A stretch of DNA of 64,000 nucleotides from Myxococcales bacterium (GTDB lineage Bacteria > Myxococcota_A > Polyangia > Polyangiales > Houyiibacteriaceae): contig JAHEEE010000004.1 in NCBI GenBank assembly GCA_024640845.1, positions 14,567-78,566 of the forward strand. Direction: 5' to 3'. Of the stretch, positions 38,380 through 46,993 are shown one piece after another; positions within the stretch are counted from its first letter, which is position 1, and each line of letters starts with the position of its first letter. A program made the translations under genes and the position numbers. The notes under the pieces are model-generated. The model did not search any database and had not been told where the DNA came from. It worked only from the letters and a program-made list of their open reading frames with translations.

Positions 38380-39864
38380 TCAACCCCGCACGACCGATTC
38401 GTATACCGGCACGAGCTTCTCTGCGGCAGCATCCCAGTGGATGTGCCGAATCTCTTCGCGCGCGCGCTCGACGAGTGTGCGCCGGAGCTCGGGCAGCTCC
38501 AATATCGCCACGATCTGGCTCGCCATCTTGTCGACGTCCCAGAAGTCGACCTTGAGCGCGTTTCGCAGCACCTCGGAAACCCCGGACTGCTTCGACACGA
38601 CGACGGGTCGGTCGTAGCTCATCGCCTCGAGCGGCGCGATGCCGAATGGCTCTGACACCGAGGGCATCACGTACACGTCCGCGGTCGAAAAAGCACGCTC
38701 GATCTCGGCGCCCCGCAGCCACCCAGGGAAGCGAAACGACTCGGTGATTCCGAGGTCTTCGACGAGCGCCTCCATTCGCGGAAGCATGTCGCCAGCCCCC
38801 GCCATGATGAACACCGCGTCGGGCACGTGCTGCAACACGCGTGCGGCAGCTTGGACGAAGTACTCGGGCCCCTTCTGAAACGTCACCCGGCCGAGGAACA
38901 GGACGACCGGACCGGTCGTTCTGCGCTGCTCCTTGTAGGCTTGAACCGTCTCGCGGGCGTAGACGCCATTGTGAACGACCGAGATCTTGCGGAGTGGGGT
39001 CCCGTGTACCTGGTTGATCAGGCTACGCGTGTAGTAGCTGACTGCGATGACCCGAGTCGCATGCTCCAGTCCCAAGCGCTCAATCGACACGATGTCACGA
39101 TCGGCGCCGTGACCTGCGCGGTCGTACTCGAGGCTATGCACATGGACCAATAGAGGCGCGCCGATGCGGTGCGCGATCTCGACGCCCGCCGGGAAGGTCA
39201 TCCAGTCGTGCGCATGCACGAGGTCGTACTTGTTGCCCGCGACGCGCCGTGTAGCCGCCATGGCATACCGACCGACCTCGGCGAAGAGGTTCTCGCCGTA
39301 GTGGGCATCGCTCGGCGCTTCATCTGTGAGGGGCAGATCGCCTCCTGGGACGTGCACGTGCTCGAGGCGAGTGATCGCTGCTGGGGGCCCAGGAAGTGGT
39401 CGGTGCTGCCCTCGGGCCATCATTCTTTCGACGGCCGTGGGGGCGAGCTTGTGGGTCGCTATGAGCTCTTGATACGTCGCTTCGTCGAGGTAGGGCTTGA
39501 GCATCGCCGGGACTCGGATCGTCCGCACTCGGGTCGCCGTGCCTTCGCGGGCTTCGGCTTGGGTGGCCTCGACCGCGGCAATGAAGTTTGGATCCGTCGC
39601 GAGCGCCGGCTCGGCGGCGAGCAGCGCAGCGAAGCGCGCGGGGATATGGGCCGGCGTCTCCACCCGAGTCTCGGGTGCCGGGTCCGCCGAGTCCGCTCCG
39701 AGCAGGTGCATGTGAGGCGCGTCTTCCTCGCCGTAGAGCTTGGGCACGAGAAAGTCGATTTCGATGCCGCGCTTCGCCAACGCAGTGGTCAGGCCTTCGC
39801 ATGCCGTGCCAAGACCGCCGCTGATGTGAGGAGGGTATTCCCAGCCGATCATCAAGATCTTCAT
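38380..39864 (-). CDS. Glycosyltransferase (GT4/GT5-like, glycogen-synthase-like) with internal insertion
   Basis: Starts 'MKILMIGWEYPPHISGGLGTAC' and has the C-terminal motif 'EPFGIAPLEAM'. The start overlaps the upstream stop (ATGA). Confidence 0.8.
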   Translation of the reverse strand: MKILMIGWEYPPHISGGLGTACEGLTTALAKRGIEIDFLVPKLYGEEDAPHMHLLGADSADPAPETRVETPAHIPARFAALLAAEPALATDPNFIAAVEATQAEAREGTATRVRTIRVPAMLKPYLDEATYQELIATHKLAPTAVERMMARGQHRPLPGPPAAITRLEHVHVPGGDLPLTDEAPSDAHYGENLFAEVGRYAMAATRRVAGNKYDLVHAHDWMTFPAGVEIAHRIGAPLLVHVHSLEYDRAGHGADRDIVSIERLGLEHATRVIAVSYYTRSLINQVHGTPLRKISVVHNGVYARETVQAYKEQRRTTGPVVLFLGRVTFQKGPEYFVQAAARVLQHVPDAVFIMAGAGDMLPRMEALVEDLGITESFRFPGWLRGAEIERAFSTADVYVMPSVSEPFGIAPLEAMSYDRPVVVSKQSGVSEVLRNALKVDFWDVDKMASQIVAILELPELRRTLVERAREEIRHIHWDAAAEKLVPVYESVVRG

Positions 39865-41861
39865 GGGCCTGCCATCTTGGCGACGCGGAGCACCTCGGAC
39901 ACGCTCCATGCCTGTGCGGGGGTGCCACCCGGACGGTGAGGTGCGTCTCCATCGAACACCTCGCCGATCTGTCCGATGCAGCCTTCGGTCCGGAGATGTG
40001 CGCTGAGCGCCGCCAATGCGGGCATCATTTCTTCTTTCGCAGCCTCAGAACCTTCGACCGCGGCGACCGCGTCGGCGTACAGCCCCAGCAGCCACGGCCA
40101 GACCGTACCCTGATGGTATGCACGGTCCCGCTCGGTTTGCGCGCCTCGGTAAAACGGTCGGTAATCCGGGTCGTCGGGCGAAAGCGTACGCATCCCTACG
40201 GGGGTCAGGAGCTTGTCGCGCACCGCACGCAGCGCCCGTTGCTTTCGCTCCTTTTGAATCGGAACGCCGGGCAACACCAAAGCCCAAAGCTGGTTCGGTC
40301 GCAGCTTGCCGTCGCCATGATGTCCGTTGTGTGTGTCCGTCAAGAAGCCCTGATCATGAAGCCAGAACTTTTCCTCGAAGTGATCGGAGAGTTTCTTCGC
40401 CGTTTCGCTCCACGTTTCGATGAATTCCGGGCGGAGCTTTTTGGCCCAGCGGAGAGCGGAAAGAAGGCCCGAGAGCCACAGCGCGTTGAGGTCGACGGCG
40501 TACCCTTGCCGGGGCGTGACCGCGTGGCCGTCGACGAGCGCATCCATCCAAGTGAGCGCCCACGGCCCCTGCTCGACGAACAAGAACCCCTGTGCGTCGA
40601 TCCGGACGCGTGAATCAGCGCCCGCCGCGATGCTCTCGATCAGATCGAGGCATGCCTCCTGAAGCGGGGCGATTCGCTGGCTTCGTGTACGTTTCGAGAC
40701 CAGCGAAGTCGCGCGAATGAACAGAAGCGACGCGTCGATGGCCTCGCCGTTGGAGGGCACGTCGCCGCTTTGCGGGATGTTGGGGACGAGGCCGTTTTCG
40801 AGACGGCTCGCCAGGGATTCGAGGATATCGAGAGCCTTGCCGACCTCGTCGCGGGCCAAGCAAAGGCCAGGTAGGGCGATCAAGGTGTCGCGCGACCACT
40901 CTCCGAACCAGGGGTAGCCCGCGATGACGCCCGTGCGGCCTCCGTCGAGCTCGACGAGATAAGCATCCGCGGCATCTTCGAGCTCGCGCACGAAGGAACG
41001 ATGAGGTGCGAGGACCGAGCTCAGCACTTGGGGCTCGTGGGAGGTCGCCCGCGTGGTGCCGAGTCGGATGCAAAATGCCCCGTCGTGTTCGAGTCGCAGC
41101 CGGAACTCACCCGGTGTGAACAGGTCCTCGGCGTCGTCGTAGCCGCGCGCGCGCTCCCACTCGTAGTGGACGCCCTCGTACCAATGCCCGTCAGCGTGGA
41201 ATCGACTCGAAGCGCCGTGCATGCTCGCGATCAACGGAGGGACGTTCTTGTACGGATGCATGACGACCCGGAGCGAATCGCCCTGCTCGACCTCGATTTC
41301 GCCGTTCATGAACGAGTTCGCGAAAGTGAGCTTGTGAATCGGGCGACACCGAATCAGTGGGCGGAGCCGAAGGTCGACTGGCTTCTGGAGACCCTCGATC
41401 GAATACCGAATCCAGACCGCATCAGCGTCGTCCTCGAGCCAGAGCTCCCGGGTCACCGTCAGACCGGCGAACTGGTAGGTCCAGCGGGGCAGCGGCTCGA
41501 ATCGGGTGAGGTAGTCGACGCCCGTCGGCTCGACGGTGCTGCCCCAGTCGTAGCTGTGCAACGCGATCTCCTCGTCGGCTCCGACGTCGAACCACTCCTC
41601 GACTTCCGCGACCATGTTGAGTGGCTCACCGACGCCCGGCTCTCGAACTGTCAGAAGGCTGTGATACTTGCGGCGCGGGCAGCGATCGATCGTTCCCATC
41701 GCGAACGAGCCGCCCCGATTCACGCTCAACCACTCCGCGTCCGGGGTCGTCGCTGCGGCGGTGACTTCGGTGGAGTCCTCGGAGCTCCCCGGCTCCCTCG
41801 AAAGAAGACGCAGCCCTGGCGCGCCATCAGAGCGAGCAGGAAACCAACTGGGCAGAATCAC
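39861..41861 (-). CDS. Glycogen debranching enzyme (amylo-alpha-1,6-glucosidase, GDE_N + GDE_C/GH133-like)
   Basis: 666 aa. 'RKYHSLL' marks the N-terminal domain. The C-terminal (alpha/alpha)6 region has 'YPWFGEWSRDT' and 'YHQGTVWPWLLG'. GTG start. Confidence 0.85.
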   Translation of the reverse strand: MILPSWFPARSDGAPGLRLLSREPGSSEDSTEVTAAATTPDAEWLSVNRGGSFAMGTIDRCPRRKYHSLLTVREPGVGEPLNMVAEVEEWFDVGADEEIALHSYDWGSTVEPTGVDYLTRFEPLPRWTYQFAGLTVTRELWLEDDADAVWIRYSIEGLQKPVDLRLRPLIRCRPIHKLTFANSFMNGEIEVEQGDSLRVVMHPYKNVPPLIASMHGASSRFHADGHWYEGVHYEWERARGYDDAEDLFTPGEFRLRLEHDGAFCIRLGTTRATSHEPQVLSSVLAPHRSFVRELEDAADAYLVELDGGRTGVIAGYPWFGEWSRDTLIALPGLCLARDEVGKALDILESLASRLENGLVPNIPQSGDVPSNGEAIDASLLFIRATSLVSKRTRSQRIAPLQEACLDLIESIAAGADSRVRIDAQGFLFVEQGPWALTWMDALVDGHAVTPRQGYAVDLNALWLSGLLSALRWAKKLRPEFIETWSETAKKLSDHFEEKFWLHDQGFLTDTHNGHHGDGKLRPNQLWALVLPGVPIQKERKQRALRAVRDKLLTPVGMRTLSPDDPDYRPFYRGAQTERDRAYHQGTVWPWLLGLYADAVAAVEGSEAAKEEMMPALAALSAHLRTEGCIGQIGEVFDGDAPHRPGGTPAQAWSVSEVLRVAKMAGP

Positions 41862-41921
41862 GACACATACCCCCTGAGAAAAAGGTCCGGCCGGAAGAGC
41901 CGGATCAGAAGCATCCTCCTA

Positions 41922-41937
41922 AGCAGGAGGCGTGCCA
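41922..41937 (-). promoter_or_regulatory. Sigma-54 (-24/-12) promoter for the glycogen operon
   Basis: The minus strand reads TGGCACGCCTCCTGCT (perfect -24, -12 CTGCT). It lies about 60 nt upstream of the GTG at 41861. Confidence 0.65.
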
Positions 41938-41999
41938 AAGCCTGGCCTGAAGACCCGGGCCGTTCCGTCACAAACAGACAACATTAACGGTCCCTACGG

Positions 42000-42043
42000 C
42001 GCAATGAATGCGGGTTCAAGCAGTCATCGCGCAACCGGTGCGC
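42000..42043. promoter_or_regulatory. Tandem UAS candidates (CGCA-N5-TGCG x2)
   Basis: CGCAatgaaTGCG (42000-42012) and GCGCAaccggTGCGC (42029-42043) have centres 30 bp apart. They lie 70 and 100 bp upstream of the -24 GG. Confidence 0.6.
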
Positions 42044-42047
42044 CTTT

Positions 42048-43316
42048 CTAGCCACGCGCCTCGTACCACGCTTTCTCCAAGGCCTCCTGGTCATTGGGGT
42101 GCGCGATGGAAATCAGCAATTGCGCTCGCTCGTTGAGTGTCTTGCCGTAAAGGTCCACCGCGCCGTTCTCGGTGATGATGAATTGGACGTGGGCCCGCGT
42201 CGTGACGACCCCGGCACCCGCTCGGAGCGTTGGCACGATTCGGGGGATTCCTTTCGCGGTACGGCTGGTCAGCGCGATGATCGGCTTTCCACCTTCGGAG
42301 GTCATCGCGCCGCGGATGAAATCCATTTGACCGCCGACACCGGAGATCACCCGGTGTCCGATCGAATCGGCACACACCTGACCCGTGAGATCGATCTCTA
42401 TGGCAGAGTTGATCGCTGTCACCTTGGGGTTCCGGTTGATGACGTTGACCCGGTTCACGTAACCGATGTCGTATTGCGCGACCGACGGGTTGTCGTCGAT
42501 GAAGTCGTAGAGGCGCCTCGTGCCGACGACGAAGCCGGATATCGTGCGACCTGGATGGACCTTCTTGAGACTATTGTCGACAGCGCCGCACTCGAGGAGC
42601 GGCAGAAGCCCGTCCGACCACATTTCCGTATGGACGCCGAGATGACGATGGCTCTTCAGCGCCGCCAGCACGGCGTCCGGCACTGCGCCGATCCCCATTT
42701 GGAGAGTCGCCCCGTCCTCGATGAGCTGGGCTGCGTGGTGCCCGATGGCCTTCTCCTCCTCAGTCGGCGGAGCGGGAGATGATTCGGGCAGAGGCTCGTC
42801 GTGCTCGATCAGCCAATCGAGCTCGTCGATGTGAACGAAGCCGTCGCCGTGCACACGGGGCATGTGCGCGTTCACCTGTGCGATGACCACCTTCGCCGAG
42901 TCGACTGCGGCTCGCGCGACGTCGACCGAAACGCCGAGGCTGCAGTAGCCGCGCTTGTCCGGGGGAGAGACCTGCACCAACGCGATATCGAGCGCGCGCC
43001 TCCCGGAGCGGAAAAGAGCCGGGATCTCCGACAGGAAGCAGGGGAGGTAATCGATCCGGTCGCCGTCGAGTTGCCGACGCATGTTGTCCCCCACGAACAG
43101 GTTCGCGACCCGAAACGAGCGCTCGTACTCGGGTCTTGCGTACTCCGCGTCGCCCGACGTGTGGAGGTGGATCAACTCGACGTTTCGGAGCCTGCTTGCT
43201 TCGCCGAGCAGCGCCTGGATCAACGCCAGAGGCGTGGCGGCGCCGCCGTGAACGAACACGCGCTGATTCGAGTTGATGTGATTGACCGCTTCGTCTGCGG
43301 TGCAGAGCTTCGACAT
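42048..43316 (-). CDS. Acetyl-CoA hydrolase/transferase family protein (4-hydroxybutyrate CoA-transferase-like)
   Basis: 422 aa. 'VFVHGGAATP', 'TEMWSDG' and 'GVGGQMDF' are typical of this family. Confidence 0.85.
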   Translation of the reverse strand: MSKLCTADEAVNHINSNQRVFVHGGAATPLALIQALLGEASRLRNVELIHLHTSGDAEYARPEYERSFRVANLFVGDNMRRQLDGDRIDYLPCFLSEIPALFRSGRRALDIALVQVSPPDKRGYCSLGVSVDVARAAVDSAKVVIAQVNAHMPRVHGDGFVHIDELDWLIEHDEPLPESSPAPPTEEEKAIGHHAAQLIEDGATLQMGIGAVPDAVLAALKSHRHLGVHTEMWSDGLLPLLECGAVDNSLKKVHPGRTISGFVVGTRRLYDFIDDNPSVAQYDIGYVNRVNVINRNPKVTAINSAIEIDLTGQVCADSIGHRVISGVGGQMDFIRGAMTSEGGKPIIALTSRTAKGIPRIVPTLRAGAGVVTTRAHVQFIITENGAVDLYGKTLNERAQLLISIAHPNDQEALEKAWYEARG

Positions 43317-43325
43317 GGAAAAAGG

Positions 43326-43619
43326 CTAGTCCTTCGTGCGAGGGGGTTGCGGCTCGGGCTCCGGCTCGAGCTCTCCGGGCGGCGGCTTCGGGCGTCGCTC
43401 CAGGTCGACCTCGAGCACGGGGGGTGGGTTCGGTAGGTTCAGCGGTCCGGAGGTTCGCAGAACGTTGCCTTCCGGCGGGTCGACCTTTCTCTCAGGCTCG
43501 TATTCTTCGGCCTGACCCATCTCCGTGCCCTGGGCGCCTCGAACACGGCCGCTCGCGCAGCCCGCGAGAATGCAGGCGAGGCAGACGCCCTGAACGAATG
43601 TGCGGATGAGCTTGGTCAT
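43326..43619 (-). CDS. Small lipoprotein, Pro/Glu-rich
   Basis: 'MTKLIRTFVQGVCLACILAGCASG' contains a lipobox (LAGC). The start overlaps the upstream stop (ATGA). Confidence 0.55.
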   Translation of the reverse strand: MTKLIRTFVQGVCLACILAGCASGRVRGAQGTEMGQAEEYEPERKVDPPEGNVLRTSGPLNLPNPPPVLEVDLERRPKPPPGELEPEPEPQPPRTKD

Positions 43620-44452
43620 TGGTTGGCCTTTCGCCGCTCGTCGGGCGTTAGCGCGGGCTTGACCTCGAGCATGGTGTGGCACTGGTCGCACGTCGAGAGG
43701 AGTCTGCCGAAGATCTCTGCCTGACCCCAACTCGTCGGATCGTCTTCGAGGAGCTCACCTGGCTTGGGGACGTACTCGTCCTCGTGTGCTTTGCCTTCGA
43801 CCGCGGCGGCAAAGGCCAAGTCGTGCACCTCATAGGCGAGGCGTGTCACACCCGTGTGGCTTTCGTGGTCGGGGTCGTGCCGACCATGAAGGGGCGCCTC
43901 GGCCAGAAGCTCTGCTGCGTTCTGAAACTCGGCTGTGGAGTCTGCCAGGAGGGCTTCCCACATGCGCTCGACGGCCCAGTAGTGGCGGCGCATGTGCATC
44001 TTCAGGTCTTCTCCGTGGGGAGCGGGCTCGAGCTTGATGGGAGGTCCGCGGTCGAGTGCATGGTGACATTGGCCGCAGGCATAAGAGAGCCGGGCAAAGC
44101 CCATGCACGCCTCCTCGAGGTCGCTTGCCTCGCGCACCTGCTCCACGAGCTCTCGGGTGATGCGCGCGTACTCCTTGCCCTGTTCAGGCGTAGGGACGTG
44201 TTCCATGAAGAAAGCGAGCTTGCGCATCGCCTGCTGGGCGACCTCGAGCTCATCCCGGATCAAGGCGTTTCGCGCAACCACTGAGAGGCCGGCATGCTCT
44301 TGCATCACCTTGTCGAAGTTTTCGGGCATGCCCCCGTCGTCCGGCGCCTGCTTCGAGCCGCACTCGCAGCCGCTCGATAACGCCATCGCAAACCCCAAGA
44401 CAATGACCCGCCCGAGCATCTCGGCCCTATCATGCGCCCTCCGCGGGTTCAT
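43616..44452 (-). CDS. Putative dihaem c-type cytochrome lipoprotein
   Basis: Has two CxxCH motifs ('CGQCHH', 'CDQCHT') and an N-terminal signal/lipobox ('LGFAMALSSGC'). The start may be the internal Met at 44419. Confidence 0.55.
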   Translation of the reverse strand: MNPRRAHDRAEMLGRVIVLGFAMALSSGCECGSKQAPDDGGMPENFDKVMQEHAGLSVVARNALIRDELEVAQQAMRKLAFFMEHVPTPEQGKEYARITRELVEQVREASDLEEACMGFARLSYACGQCHHALDRGPPIKLEPAPHGEDLKMHMRRHYWAVERMWEALLADSTAEFQNAAELLAEAPLHGRHDPDHESHTGVTRLAYEVHDLAFAAAVEGKAHEDEYVPKPGELLEDDPTSWGQAEIFGRLLSTCDQCHTMLEVKPALTPDERRKANQ

Positions 44453-44497
44453 TCAAGGAGCCGTGTAGGGGTCTGCGGGTCGTGCGTGGCGCTAGGC

Positions 44498-45394
44498 CTA
44501 CCGGCCTTCGTGCGTGAGCAACAGCGGCACCTGGCTCTCGTGGAGGAGGCGTCGAGCGACGCTTCCGATGAGGAGGCGTTCTATGCCGCTCTTCCCCGTC
44601 GTGCCCGCACAAATGAGCGTTGCGTCGACGTCCTCCGCAATTTGGAGGATCCCCCCGGCGGGGTCGCCGGTCACGAGGTGGGTTTGGGCGTTCTGCGGGT
44701 CCGTCGAGAAGATCTCTTTGGAGTCCGCCTCGAGCATCTCCTGAAGACCGAGGCGAAGGGCCTCCCGACGCTTCTCCGCGGCTTCCCCAACGACGGCGCC
44801 GCGGTCGGTGTACTCGCCCCACACGTCGAGGTAGCTGTGCACCAAGTGAAGGGATCCGCCGAACACGCCATGAATCGCCCGCGCGACTTCGGCTGCTCGC
44901 TTGGCCGGGCCGGAAAAATCGTACGCGATGACGATGGAGGTCGGCGGCTTTTCATGTCCTCCCGGAGGAACTACGAGGATTGGCGTGTGCACGGTCTTGA
45001 TGACGCGCTCGGTGACGCTTCCGTACATGAGCTTCGAAACGCCCGTGCGGCCGTGGGTTCCGACGACGACTAAGTCGACGTCGTGTTCCTTGGCATAGTC
45101 TCGAATGACCTCGTGCACCGTGCCCTCGCGGATCGCCGTAAAAAGCTCGACGCCCGTGTCAGCGATGGTCTTGGCCTGCGCGTCCAGCGCTTCCTGCGAA
45201 TCGTTGAGAATCCGAGTGACGGCTTCCGGGCCTGGGCTGTAGCTCAAGTCCATCAAGAGATACGTCGGAACCACGGGCGTATGCAGGAGGTGTAGCTTTG
45301 CCGACCATCGCTTGGCCAGGTCGACGGCATAATCGACCGCGTGCTGGGCGTTGTCCGAGAAGTCGGTGGGCACGAGGATTTGATTGATCTGCAT
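44498..45394 (-). CDS. Universal stress protein, tandem USP domains
   Basis: Starts 'MQINQILVPTDFSDNAQHAV' and contains 'VDLVVVGTHGRTGV...VHTPILVV'. The second domain has 'TLICAGTTGKSGI...SQVPLLL'. Confidence 0.9.
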   Translation of the reverse strand: MQINQILVPTDFSDNAQHAVDYAVDLAKRWSAKLHLLHTPVVPTYLLMDLSYSPGPEAVTRILNDSQEALDAQAKTIADTGVELFTAIREGTVHEVIRDYAKEHDVDLVVVGTHGRTGVSKLMYGSVTERVIKTVHTPILVVPPGGHEKPPTSIVIAYDFSGPAKRAAEVARAIHGVFGGSLHLVHSYLDVWGEYTDRGAVVGEAAEKRREALRLGLQEMLEADSKEIFSTDPQNAQTHLVTGDPAGGILQIAEDVDATLICAGTTGKSGIERLLIGSVARRLLHESQVPLLLTHEGR

Positions 45395-45429
45395 GTGGCC
45401 TCTCTTGTCTCGTGAAGTCGCTGGCCTCG

Positions 45430-45891
45430 CTAGCCGCCGAAGGTATCATTCGGCATGATGTGATCGTGGAGGAGCTTCTCGTTCACGTATTCCCGCTCCT
45501 CCTCTTCGATGTCCTTGCGCAACATCTGCGCCAGCTTCACCACGCTGGCTTTCAAATCGTCCGATGAGCTCGCCTCGCGAATCTGATCGACCAAGCGGTC
45601 TAGCTCCTGGCGTTGATCGGCGTGCTCTGCGTGAAGGTGGCGGACCCGTTCTGGACCGAAGCCGTCCGCCTCGTTGATGGCGGGTACCATGTGGGCTTCC
45701 TCGAAGTTCATGTGCAGCTCCAAAATCCCGCGGAGCGCATAGGCGGCCCGCTTGACCTGGTCGGCGCCCACCGTGCCATCGCCTAGGTGCGTCACACCGG
45801 TCTCGAGCTCGGACAGCATCTGTTCGATCTCACGGTGCTGACTGAGTACCTTCCGCCGCACTTCGGAGGGCATCAACGGTTCGTCGCTCAT
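45430..45891 (-). CDS. Hemerythrin-like (HHE cation-binding) domain protein
   Basis: His/Glu spacing 'HREIEQ...HMNFEEAHMVP...HAEHADQRQE' is present. GGGAGGA lies 6 nt upstream of the ATG at 45891. The track start at 46014 is an extension. Confidence 0.6.
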   Translation of the reverse strand: MSDEPLMPSEVRRKVLSQHREIEQMLSELETGVTHLGDGTVGADQVKRAAYALRGILELHMNFEEAHMVPAINEADGFGPERVRHLHAEHADQRQELDRLVDQIREASSSDDLKASVVKLAQMLRKDIEEEEREYVNEKLLHDHIMPNDTFGG

Positions 45892-45928
45892 GGGTTCCTC
45901 CCGTTCCTCATCTTCCGCTCGGATGTGA

Positions 45929-45944
45929 TGCAAAGAATGCGCCA
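45929..45944 (-). promoter_or_regulatory. Sigma-54 (-24/-12) promoter for the hemerythrin operon
   Basis: The minus strand reads TGGCGCATTCTTTGCA, with correct spacing and a perfect -12 TTGCA. Confidence 0.65.
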
Positions 45945-45975
45945 AACGTTTAGCAGGATTTCGCTTCGCAGGACA

Positions 45976-46017
45976 CGCAAGTTCTGCGCCGGACTGGAAT
46001 GTTTCGCAGAACATGCG
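45976..46017. promoter_or_regulatory. Tandem UAS candidates between divergent promoters
   Basis: caCGCAagttcTGCGcc (45976-45988) and CGCAgaacaTGCGtg (46005-46017) have centres 29 bp apart. Together they form a larger inverted repeat, ACACGCAAGTTCTGCG-N16-CGCAGAACATGCGTGT. Confidence 0.6.
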
Positions 46018-46059
46018 TGTTTCTCGCTATGCTTTGCAGCCAATACCTGCAACCCAGGT

Positions 46060-46075
46060 TGGCACGAAGCTTGAT
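46060..46075 (+). promoter_or_regulatory. Sigma-54-like promoter candidate (non-canonical -12)
   Basis: TGGCACGAAGCTTGAT has a perfect -24 TGGCACG, but the -12 reads TTGA instead of TTGC. It lies 17 nt upstream of the USP ATG at 46091. Confidence 0.4.
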
Positions 46076-46090
46076 AGCGGAAGGGTAAAC

Positions 46091-46570
46091 ATGGACCAGC
46101 CTCGAACGATTCTCGTCGGTACCGACTTCTCCGACATCTCGGACGAAGCGTTGCGAGCGGCGTCTCTCTACGCCAGGACCTTCAACTCCCGCGTGCTCGT
46201 TACCCATATTTTCGACCCGACTCCCAACGTTCCGCCAGTGGTCTGGTCCCGTCCGGACCTTCTGGAGCGCAGCATCCGCATCGAAATCGAGGATGCCATC
46301 CGCGAAACTCTGACCGGCAAGACCGCGGAGTTGTTGAAGGGGGTCTCCGAGGTCGAGCTCAGCGTGGTTCAGCATCCTTCCCCAGGCCGGGCGCTCGTCG
46401 AGATCGCCGAAGACGAAGAAGTGGATCTCGTCATCCTGGGCTCGCACGGTCGGAGTGGCCTATCGCGGGCCTTCCTCGGCAGCGTCGCCGAGCGAGTCGT
46501 TCGACATGCGCCGTGCCCCGTATTGGTGGTGCGGGGTCGTTGTGACCACGAGCCGAAGCACGGAGAATAG
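46091..46570 (+). CDS. Universal stress protein
   Basis: Starts 'MDQPRTILVGTDFSDISDEAL' and contains 'VDLVILGSHGRSGL...APCPVLVV'. Confidence 0.9.
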   Translation: MDQPRTILVGTDFSDISDEALRAASLYARTFNSRVLVTHIFDPTPNVPPVVWSRPDLLERSIRIEIEDAIRETLTGKTAELLKGVSEVELSVVQHPSPGRALVEIAEDEEVDLVILGSHGRSGLSRAFLGSVAERVVRHAPCPVLVVRGRCDHEPKHGE

Positions 46571-46573
46571 CTA

Positions 46574-46984
46574 GTGTCATTGATCCCACGTTTGGTCGTT
46601 GCGTATGATTTCTCGGACCCGGCGAGGCGGGCCTTCGAGCTCGCGGTATTCATGGGTCGGCAGCTCGGCGCGGATGTCCACGTCGTCACGGTCCTCGACT
46701 CGAAGGAATCGAAGCCAGGCGCGGCCGGCGATGAGCTGGACGACCTCCGGAAGCTCCTCGAGATGCGGACCGCCGGTACAGTCAAGTCGGACGACGTGAA
46801 GCTTCAGTGCCACGCGCTCGCTGGCGAGCCTGCGGATGCGATCGTGGCGATCGCCAAGGAGATCGATGCGCCACTCATCATCTGCGGGACGACCGGCAAG
46901 GGTGCCGTGGCGCGGACACTGCTTGGCAGCGTGTCTCACGAGCTCGTTCACAAGAGCGGCGCAATCGTGATGTCGGTGCCGTAG
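46574..46984 (+). CDS. Universal stress protein
   Basis: GTG start 4 nt after the previous stop. Contains 'LVVAYDFSDPARRAF' and 'APLIICGTTGKGAV...SGAIVMSV'. Confidence 0.85.
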   Translation: MSLIPRLVVAYDFSDPARRAFELAVFMGRQLGADVHVVTVLDSKESKPGAAGDELDDLRKLLEMRTAGTVKSDDVKLQCHALAGEPADAIVAIAKEIDAPLIICGTTGKGAVARTLLGSVSHELVHKSGAIVMSVP

Positions 46985-46993
46985 CCTCGAGCG

